From positions 1 through 29,736 of the IMG/VR virus record IMGVR_UViG_3300037458_001655: 29,736 nt of DNA; one strand, 5' to 3'. This document shows positions 1 to 8,200 of the stretch, one piece after another (position 1 is the first letter of the stretch; each line of letters starts with the position of its first letter). The position numbers were made by a program, and so were the translations under genes. The notes under the pieces are model-generated. The model was not told where the DNA came from, ran no database searches, and saw only the letters and a list, made by a program, of their open reading frames with translations. This DNA comes from a virus. Taxonomy: Duplodnaviria; Caudoviricetes.

Positions 1-466
1 GGCAAGGCACGTCGCCGTCCCGATACGATGCTCGCGCGCCGGATACCGTTGGCCGTTCGCCAAGCAAGTAGACGATCCCGGCCGTCTGCGCGCGGTCTGC
101 CACGGCCACGCATCCCGCTACTCCGGCACGGACCGGACACGGCCCCTGCCCTGCGCTGAGCAGTCGAGCCCGAAATGGCAGATCGTCTGCTGCATCCTCT
201 CCGTTAGCTTTCTTCGTCCACGCGAGTCGCGGCTTCTGCCACTGCCCGGTCTCGTCCTTGAAGTGCAGGTCGGAACCGAACACGGTTCGATGCTTGTCGC
301 CACCAAGCCTGTACGTAGCAGAGTCTCGCGTGCGCAGGCTCACGATTTCCTCTGGCTCGTCTTGTGGCTGGCCGAGCGCTCGATGCACAGCAAGTGCCAC
401 CAGCCCTCCAAAAAGAATGGCAAGCACCACAGTAGCCACAACATTTCGGAACTGGACTTCACTCAC
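1..466 (-). CDS. Partial gene (runs off left edge): putative exported or membrane-anchored protein with an N-terminal motif like that of WapA/RHS/DNRLRE-type surface proteins
   Basis: Not in the ORF track. Hand translation from GTG at 466 (GAGG upstream, overlaps the stop of the 459..1076 gene) is open to position 1: MSEVQFRNVVATVVLAILFGGLVALAVHRALG-QPQDEPEEIVSLRTRDSATYRLGGDKHRTVFGSDLHFKDETGQWQ... It has a hydrophobic stretch and an A-L-G cleavage-like site, then an E-x-x-S-L-R-T...H-F-K-D-E-x-G-x-W motif. Confidence 0.7.
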   Translation of the reverse strand, partial: MSEVQFRNVVATVVLAILFGGLVALAVHRALGQPQDEPEEIVSLRTRDSATYRLGGDKHRTVFGSDLHFKDETGQWQKPRLAWTKKANGEDAADDLPFRARLLSAGQGPCPVRAGVAGCVAVADRAQTAGIVYLLGERPTVSGARASYRDGDVPC

Positions 467-1076
467 CCTCTACCTCAAAAGTCCAAATTCCGGCGTCGCG
501 GCCAGCTTCGAGCATTCGATTTTGATTTTCTTCTAACGTAGATATTCGAGAGTGAATATATTCAGCTTCTGCTGACGTTGCATCTCTAAAGCTTTCGAGA
601 GAATCTGAAGTATCAGAACACGAAGCCAAAAAAATTAAACAAATTGTTGCTAAACCAAGAGCTAGTCGCAAGTAGTCAATTATATCTGAATTCCATAAAA
701 GTTCTAGCTCTAAGTAGAAAGCGACAGTTAGACCGGCTTTCTCGCTTTCACTATCGGAGATGGAGGCCCCTTCCTCGACGTAGATTCGCAATTCGTCTCC
801 ATCATGCAATCCAACAGTGCCGCCTTCAGTCAAAGTTCGCGTAGTTGTAGCTGATATGTTTGAGTAACCAGTAATATCAGTCCACTCTGCATCGTCTCTC
901 GTACGTCGCTGTACTCTAAACGTTGCAGTGCCGGATCCTCGCACGACGTGTTCAATACGTCGAAGTCTCGCCTTGTGCCCCTCGGCAACCGGAATGAAAA
1001 TAGCCTGAGAAGCATAATCGGCCGGATTGCCGACGAGCAGCAAGGACCGGCCGTGCTGGAAGGTCAGAGCGCTCAT
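459..1076 (-). CDS. Hypothetical protein: N-terminal beta-rich domain resembling the C-terminus of the 4492..5262 protein, followed by a lipoprotein-signal-like segment
   Basis: 205 aa ORF coupled to the fibre gene by a TGATG overlap at 1076. GDELRIYV...GLTVAFYLE resembles GDVLRLDV...DLYVICTI. Later LRLALGLATICLIFLASC. Confidence 0.7.
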   Translation of the reverse strand: MSALTFQHGRSLLLVGNPADYASQAIFIPVAEGHKARLRRIEHVVRGSGTATFRVQRRTRDDAEWTDITGYSNISATTTRTLTEGGTVGLHDGDELRIYVEEGASISDSESEKAGLTVAFYLELELLWNSDIIDYLRLALGLATICLIFLASCSDTSDSLESFRDATSAEAEYIHSRISTLEENQNRMLEAGRDAGIWTFEVEGE

Positions 1077-4000
1077 CAGTTCGTCTCAATCGTCTTCACC
1101 GTACCGTTGGAAAAACGAATTTTCAGATCCCCATCGGCTACGTCGACGTAGATCTTATTGAAACCGATAATGTCCGTTGATGGAGCAGTCATGGCAGGAA
1201 TGGCAATACAACCATTCACCTGACAGGCCACCGTCGAGTCAGGATTGATTCCAATTCCGAGACGACTGCTGATCCGAGCGGATTCGCCATCGAGGATGAG
1301 CCGATTGTTGGTCCCGACCGTAGACGACTCAGAGACAACGAACTTGTCGCCGTCGCTGTTGTCGATTCCTACACTCCAACTTTTTGTTCCTGACAAAAGG
1401 AAGTGAATGAAAGAATCGCCATCATTATCGTTCTCAATTTGCATCCAAGCATTCTGCCCAGAAGTGTCACGATACAGATGCAAAAGCGACGTAGGAGTCA
1501 GAGTTCCAGTTAAAATTGTTGTGTCACTCTCCGGACTCAAAACCAACGTACTTCGCAGAAGGTTTGCGGGAGTAACCGAAGTCATTGGAGCATAGTTTTC
1601 AAACAAGCCCCAAGCCCCATAATCTACACTTCCTGCCGCATCCACGTTGGTGCCAAAAGAGATTGCTTTGATTCCGATAGCTGCACCACCAGAACCAGAA
1701 GGCGAGTGATCAACGCTAAATATGCCACCCTGAAGCCAGCCAACGTCCCCTTCGTTATTGTTTGTGATTTGTGAGCTACTTGCGGCTATTGAGCCCCAAG
1801 TGCCAACCGAGTCTTGCAAGAAAACGTAGCTTAACAAACCAAAAACACTTTGACTGATACCCGCAGAACAATCACTAGTGGCTTGAACTTGAAATCTACC
1901 ACCATAAAGTTGATAGGCCCATGTAGATGACAATTCAATGTTTTGAACAACATCCAATGATCTTGCGATTGCCGTGCCAGAACCAGTATTGGTAGACGGA
2001 GTAATCGTAACGTACCCACTGTAATCGTGGGTCATACGAGAATCAGCCGTGATTTGTGGTCCAGTGCCATACTGCTTTACGATAGAATTGGCAGTGAACG
2101 TGCCAACATTTCGTGGCGTTAACCAGTATTCTGTTGCAGTCTCAAACTGAGCGTTGATCCAGCCAGTTGATCCGCGATACAGCCGGACGGCCGAGTTTGG
2201 ATTCACAGGCGTAGTCGCAGCGTTTGTGATCCACTCCAAAGCAACAGTCGATGTGTCACAAATCAAATTCGCACGAAGAACGTTGTCCTCTTTGAAGGCA
2301 ATCGCAACAGCATTGTCGGCCGTGTCAATCGTAAGCTTTCCACCACTCGGTCCACCGTATGTTCCGGAGAAGTCGAAGTTTACGCTGCCACCCTTGACGC
2401 GCAGAGCTTCTGTGCCACCAGTATCAGCTACCGTCAGTGCCGGATTGCCTCCCGCTGCAACAGAAATGCTTGCCGTTGTCGAAGTCAGTGCGAGGGTAGA
2501 TGTTGCAACCCATGAAGATCCGGACCACCGCAAAGTATCATTGGTAGTTGCAGATCCGGGAACTGACCCACCGCCTCCGGTGCCAAATGGACCGATAACG
2601 GTGCCACCGGAAAGTTTGCAGTAAAGCCCGTCAGAAAGGGCGTAAAAGTATTGATAGCCAGGATCAGGATTGCCAGAAGGTGACGCCGAACGTTCTACGA
2701 TTACAAATTCATTGGTGGCATTTACTGCAAACTGAACTCCAGCAGTGTTGGTGAGAAGCAAAGTTTCCGCAGTTCCATTGTTCACCAAGGCCATCAAAGG
2801 TGCAGCGTCGGAAGTGCTCGAATTGTAGAACACAGCTACTGGAGATAAACCAGCACTGCTAGTCTTAACAGCAACGATCGCTTGCCCATCTCCAGTGGAG
2901 CAAGCAATGGCTTCACGAGAGGAGGAAAAAGCAAAAAGCCCGCGACAAGTATCCGTGGCGTAAAAATAGCCTGCGTGAGTGCCAACGGAGCTTTGCACAT
3001 GTAGAGCTGCATTTTTGTTGATTATAGCGTCATTTTCAATGTTTACAACACCGTAAGTATTTGTCGTGTAAATTTGAAGCCGATTTTCTGAAGCATCAAC
3101 AAAAAATAGTGGATCGGCGGCTGTGTCAGCCCAGATTTTGAAATCTACGGTTGCCAACTGCTCAGGGTTGATTTCAAACAGACTGGTAGTAAACTTTGCT
3201 AGACTGGTAGTACCAGACAGAAAGTTTAGCAGCGTTCCACCAGACGTAGCTTGCTGAAGATGTAAAACAGGACCACCGGAGGATCCAAGTTCTGTTGCAA
3301 GAAAAACAGGTTCTGCCGTGGAAAGTGACGAGTTTCGCGAAAATCGCCCTGCACGTCCACTTGCAGCTCCAACAGCAAAGATGCAATCCGTAGCAGCAGA
3401 CGTTGCATAGATTGCATGGCCGCCAACTGTTGCTGCTTGTTGGAGAAACAAGCAAGCTTGAGTCGTAGCGTCCATCGTAGAAATGAACAAACGATAGATC
3501 GACGAAGGCTCAGCTCCCATCCCGATTGAGTTGTATCCGGCGTCAATCGAAAAGAGATAAGCGTTTGTGTCGCCTTCAATGCGAAAATCGTAGTCTGCTC
3601 CGGAATCATTGATTACCGTGTTCCGATCCGGTTGTCGCAAAACGTATTGTTCGTGATCATCCACATCTAAATTTAGCAGCGATGAGTGATCACTCGTTCC
3701 ACCACCTGTGCCTGCATCCCACGTTAAATTTCCAGATCCGTCAGTTTTTAAGTAATAATTTGCTGTCGGTCCTGCACTGGGCCAAGTGTATGTGTACGAA
3801 CCAGATCCAGTATACTTGTGTCTTGAATAGCCAGAGCCTGCAACATTATACAGAATCAAATCTGCAAGCTGAAGATCGCCAAACCCTGTGTCGCCATCCG
3901 TAATCTTTAGCTCACCAGTATTTCCACGAATCAATCCAATATCTGGGAATCCGGAAGCTACACTGCTCGAATTGTTGAACAAAATTTCAACAGCGTCAGC

Positions 4001-4486
4001 AAGAAGCATTCGCCCATTGCTGCCACCAATATCGATACGGATTACCGGCGTTGCAACAAGCTTTATGTCTAATCCTTGAACATTCGTTAAGCTCCAAGAT
4101 CCAGTAACCACTTCAGGAGAAGCCAACCGAGCCAAAATCGAGCCATCGGCAATGTCAGCTTCCTGAATTGCACGAAAGGCGGCTGCCGTAGAACTGGAGG
4201 CAATCAGTGCATGGTTGGCTGTCAATCCTGTGTAAGACAGTTTGGAGTGAGCCAGCGAATTTAAGCTAGTATTTGAATGTTTGTGTCCGGGGTCTACGCT
4301 AGACGAATTTTTAAGGAGGTAGTCTAAACTTGTGGTAACAGCAGAACTGTTGACGCCAACCTTGGTTTGCAACGCAACAATCGCATCTTGGGGATCGTTA
4401 ATGTGTTCAGCCAGAATTTCAGTTCCACCCGGATCATTAACTTTAGTGGAATAACTGTCAATCGTAGTGGGAAAATTGGTTGCCAT
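1076..4486 (-). CDS. Long tail fibre / receptor-binding-like protein
   Basis: 1136 aa, Gly/Ser/Thr/Ala-rich, downstream of the tail tip. Motifs typical of phage fibres: N-terminal NFPTTID...HINDPQDAIVALQTKVG, YYLKTDGSGNLTW, DHSSLLNLDVDDHEQY, WSVGIDNSDGDKFVVS, C-terminal IYVDVADGDLKIRFSNGTV. Confidence 0.75.
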   Translation of the reverse strand: MATNFPTTIDSYSTKVNDPGGTEILAEHINDPQDAIVALQTKVGVNSSAVTTSLDYLLKNSSSVDPGHKHSNTSLNSLAHSKLSYTGLTANHALIASSSTAAAFRAIQEADIADGSILARLASPEVVTGSWSLTNVQGLDIKLVATPVIRIDIGGSNGRMLLADAVEILFNNSSSVASGFPDIGLIRGNTGELKITDGDTGFGDLQLADLILYNVAGSGYSRHKYTGSGSYTYTWPSAGPTANYYLKTDGSGNLTWDAGTGGGTSDHSSLLNLDVDDHEQYVLRQPDRNTVINDSGADYDFRIEGDTNAYLFSIDAGYNSIGMGAEPSSIYRLFISTMDATTQACLFLQQAATVGGHAIYATSAATDCIFAVGAASGRAGRFSRNSSLSTAEPVFLATELGSSGGPVLHLQQATSGGTLLNFLSGTTSLAKFTTSLFEINPEQLATVDFKIWADTAADPLFFVDASENRLQIYTTNTYGVVNIENDAIINKNAALHVQSSVGTHAGYFYATDTCRGLFAFSSSREAIACSTGDGQAIVAVKTSSAGLSPVAVFYNSSTSDAAPLMALVNNGTAETLLLTNTAGVQFAVNATNEFVIVERSASPSGNPDPGYQYFYALSDGLYCKLSGGTVIGPFGTGGGGSVPGSATTNDTLRWSGSSWVATSTLALTSTTASISVAAGGNPALTVADTGGTEALRVKGGSVNFDFSGTYGGPSGGKLTIDTADNAVAIAFKEDNVLRANLICDTSTVALEWITNAATTPVNPNSAVRLYRGSTGWINAQFETATEYWLTPRNVGTFTANSIVKQYGTGPQITADSRMTHDYSGYVTITPSTNTGSGTAIARSLDVVQNIELSSTWAYQLYGGRFQVQATSDCSAGISQSVFGLLSYVFLQDSVGTWGSIAASSSQITNNNEGDVGWLQGGIFSVDHSPSGSGGAAIGIKAISFGTNVDAAGSVDYGAWGLFENYAPMTSVTPANLLRSTLVLSPESDTTILTGTLTPTSLLHLYRDTSGQNAWMQIENDNDGDSFIHFLLSGTKSWSVGIDNSDGDKFVVSESSTVGTNNRLILDGESARISSRLGIGINPDSTVACQVNGCIAIPAMTAPSTDIIGFNKIYVDVADGDLKIRFSNGTVKTIETN

Positions 4487-4491
4487 TTGTT

Positions 4492-5262
4492 TTACTCCAG
4501 TATTCCCGCGGTCTTGCTGATCGTGCAGATAACGTACAAATCGTTACCACCGGGTGTTGTGCTGCCAACACTTGTCACATCCAACCGAAGAACGTCTCCA
4601 GCGTTTAGCTCCAAAGCTGTAACCGATTCATTGATATATTTTGAGCCACTGGCGATAGTTGCTGTTCTAGTAGCATCAACAACATCAGTTCCATCCGGAG
4701 GCGAAGTAAGCTCCCCGGGCAATCGGGAAATTCGTACTGTCAGGCCGGAACCAACAGGAGCAGTGAGAACTCGTGCTCTAATGTTTGTTAAATATCCACC
4801 ACGATCTAAAAGTCTGCCCGCGTAGTTGTCCGTTACAGTTAGAGAGCCCTGAACCATGAACACTACCGTTGGAGGTAGTAAGTTTTCGTCAACGTAGCCT
4901 TTTGTGGCTATCTCCATAGAATCGGAGGGTTCATCGTCCATAGTGAACTGCTCTAAAGCTGTTCGGTTGCCCCCAGTAAGTGAAAGCTTAGCATCGAGTA
5001 AATCTTGGAAGTCTTCAGTTGGAGTTCCATCACTTGTAGCTAGATCAATCCAATCCGTCCCATCCCAAACTTTTAGAATCCACGGTGACGAGGACGTGTC
5101 CCACCACATCGTTCCGTCTACAAAGTCGATTTCAGGGGTAATATTTTCAGGAGACGTTGGCCCGGCAAACAAAGAATAGCAAGACTTCAGAGCATCAATG
5201 AGCATTGACGCAAAAGCGTCGCCATTCAAACTTTTGTCTAAGGCTGTAGAGTTTTGAGCCAT
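4492..5262 (-). CDS. Minor tail protein / short fibre or fibre adaptor
   Basis: 256 aa, TAATG-coupled to the tail-tip gene. GTMWWDTSSSPWILKVWDGTDW and ATKGYVD fibre motifs, then a C-terminal beta-sandwich-like domain. Confidence 0.7.
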   Translation of the reverse strand: MAQNSTALDKSLNGDAFASMLIDALKSCYSLFAGPTSPENITPEIDFVDGTMWWDTSSSPWILKVWDGTDWIDLATSDGTPTEDFQDLLDAKLSLTGGNRTALEQFTMDDEPSDSMEIATKGYVDENLLPPTVVFMVQGSLTVTDNYAGRLLDRGGYLTNIRARVLTAPVGSGLTVRISRLPGELTSPPDGTDVVDATRTATIASGSKYINESVTALELNAGDVLRLDVTSVGSTTPGGNDLYVICTISKTAGILE

Positions 5263-8200
5263 TAGTACCCTCTAGCAAACCATTCGACATCGCGGGAAAC
5301 GTAAGAGCCAAATACGTCTAGCACCCTGACATCAAATGATGATTCCGTAACGTTCGCTACTTGAGCCCGGTCGCCTACATTCGCATCCTGAACCGAAACT
5401 ACGATTTTTGGATTCGAATTGAATGTGAAACCTGTTCCATAGGCTACCGTAACATAGGCACCAGTGGCGGCTATTGTCGTCACTGTGCCTGTTCGGGTTA
5501 CGTCTGGAACGTCGGCTGTCCATCTGAATTTCGAGAGTATCGCGAATATGTTAGCACGTTTGCTTTGAAGCCTGAAGCGAACTTGGAAGGCGATTCCCAA
5601 CAAAGCGACAGGCGAGGCCATGGATGACCAAGGATTCCATTTTGCAAGTAGTCCTTGTCCCCTAGAGGAGGCAGCTCCATACGGAATTGTCTCCTCGATG
5701 TAGATGATTCCCCGGTCTCCGGAAAATCCGGCAATGGTGAAAGTGCCATTCAGCTCGAAGGCATCAAAGCCAGATACCTCGATTGAGTCTCCAACTTGGA
5801 AGCCCTCGTCAAATGAATCTCCGTAGATGAAGAATCCGGTTGCAGGATTGAAGTACAGATCACCGGAAAAAAATGTTGATGCAGCTCTAACTTGAGGTTC
5901 ACCTTCAACAAACTCTGCCACACTAGTTCTTCCGATTTGACCAACTGTCTGAATTTGCTCCAGTTCAGAAAATCGGGATGTGGGTAGAGCAATCAAATCA
6001 AAGTCTGAGCTGAACGAGATAACTTCGTTTGAAGTTAGAATCAAAGTATTATTGGCTGTTGGGTAGTAGAAGCCTTCCTGATTGGGATAACACTTTACGT
6101 ATCCCTCAGGTGTAACTTCAAGGTTCACCAAACCATTGTACGTCAGAGCTACCTCTGCAAGTTTTCTGACGTTGTAGTAAGGTAGTTCAAGATTTTCATT
6201 GTGAAATGCAATCTCGTCGATCACACCCTCGAAGTAGTTGGAGCCTTTTCGGCCAATCCAAAGCATATCAATATCTGGATCCCCAAGTTCTGAAGCTTTA
6301 TCGAATCCAAACGTATACAGACCAAATCGTCGTCCATTCAAGTAAACAACGAAGAGGCCTCCCCAACTAGAATCGTGGCTTGCGAAGAAGTGATACTTTC
6401 TGTCCGCTTCGATGACCACATCAGAGATGACGAATTCATGCTTTGTTCCTGATTCATCGTAAGCATCGACTGCCAAATTATTCGAAGCATTGACCCTGAC
6501 GTACAAAGCAACCTTAGAGCCACCGTCTTGAAAAATGTAAACAAGAGGATCTTCAACGTCTTCCCGATGTCGCCGAAAAATAAAGGAAATGCTTTGGTAG
6601 TCTTCGTTAACTAAAGTGCTTGAAGGCCAACCCATATACATATACTGATTAACGCCATCAAAAATTCGTGCGCCGTCGTCGTCGTTAGAAATCAGCGACG
6701 ACGTTAGCGTCAACTCTGTTGGGTCCATCAAGCCACGAAGTCCGTTACCAGAAACTTCGGGAAGATCTAACGTACCACGTTCGGCCAACTCAATAAATAT
6801 AGAACAAAAGTAACTTTCTATGAAGCTATAGTAAGCTTTTGGATCTGAAATAAAGTTTCCCGTTGCAGCATCCCACAGCGATTGAACAAGGGCTAAATTA
6901 TTGAAGTTGTAGATTGTGTGATACGAAAATCCAAAAGCATATCCGGAAAAGTGATCAGTAAAATCAGAGTTGCTGCCGATGATAATTGTTCCGTCTTGAG
7001 GCGTATACTCAACATTTTCAAAAGCTTTTACAAGGGAGGAACTCACGTAGATTTCTAAACGCTTTGTGTTTCCATTGTATGAGAACACAAACATATAGAA
7101 AGGAATTGATCCTGGAACATTCTTTGGCAAGCCAAGCCCGGAAAGTATTCCCGTAGAATGAGTTACAGAGTCGCTATCGGTAAAGCTTATCCCAGAAACT
7201 GAATCATCGAAGTGAAAAATCTCGCCCCCGGGGAGTGAAAAAAGCGGGCCCTGTGCTGTGTCAGAAACCCAAAGCACAAACGTCCACGAAGGAGACATTT
7301 CCACATTTGGCAGCTCTATGTGCAAACCATTTGCGGGAAGCGAAAAGTTATCAACTTTCAAACAGTATTGGTTTGTCAGAGAAAGCGGGGCTCGGGTAGA
7401 TCGAAACTGAATTTCTGCCAAACCACCATCAACAACGTAAGCTCCAGATGGATAGGAGCCCTGTGTGATTCTATCGTAGACTTCGGGAAATTTTCTTGGA
7501 AAGTTACCTAGTCTTTGATACAGAAACACATCAAAACTTTTAATTAGAGACTCATAGTCACACGATCCGGAATCAGCCGAGAATGGGATTTCTGTATTCG
7601 AAACAAAAATGTTTTCAATAAAAGCTTCCGAGTTTTCAATCGTAACTGAAGACTTTGGACCGTATCTTGAGGGACGACCAGCAACGTCTGCTTCAGTAGC
7701 GTCAACCGGATCGCCACAGCGAATTGCTATCAGATAAATGCCGTCTCCCTGAACTACGGCACGCTTCTCTCGCGTGTAGGCAATGGGAGAAGCAACCGAC
7801 CAGAGAGCCGTAAGATCATCAGGGTCCAAATCTGGATAGATGTCTAGCAGAATGCTTGGAAGCTCAAGAGGAGCTTTTCGAATTTCGTAAATTTCGTCTG
7901 CTAGAATAACATCCTCAGGATTCCACGTCAGAACAAGTTCGCGTCTACGAGCTGCCGCTGCGCTGAACATGAACGAAAAGTTATTGACAGCGGGAACACC
8001 TTTGCAAAAAACATCTCCAGTTACACGAAAATAATGGGTGGGAACATCAGACTCTAGCTGAACGTTTACGCCATAAATATTGTAGCTCAAAAACTTGAAT
8101 TGTAGATTCCGCTCAGTCAAGGCTCTAGTAACTTGCATCTTCAAAATATTGGTTTGTGCCTCGAAAAAGAAGCCAAGGGATGCGAAGTAACTTCCGACGC

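Noticed and set aside
118-541. Track ORFs 118..306 (-), 258..536 (+), 263..541 (+)
   Set aside because: Superseded by the continuous minus-strand frame from 466 to the window edge, which has an RBS and protein-like features.
1-4486. Possible diversity-generating retroelement or invertible fibre cassette
   Set aside because: No reverse transcriptase or invertase in the window, and no near-identical repeat pair differing at adenines was noticed. A computed self-alignment would be needed to exclude this fully.
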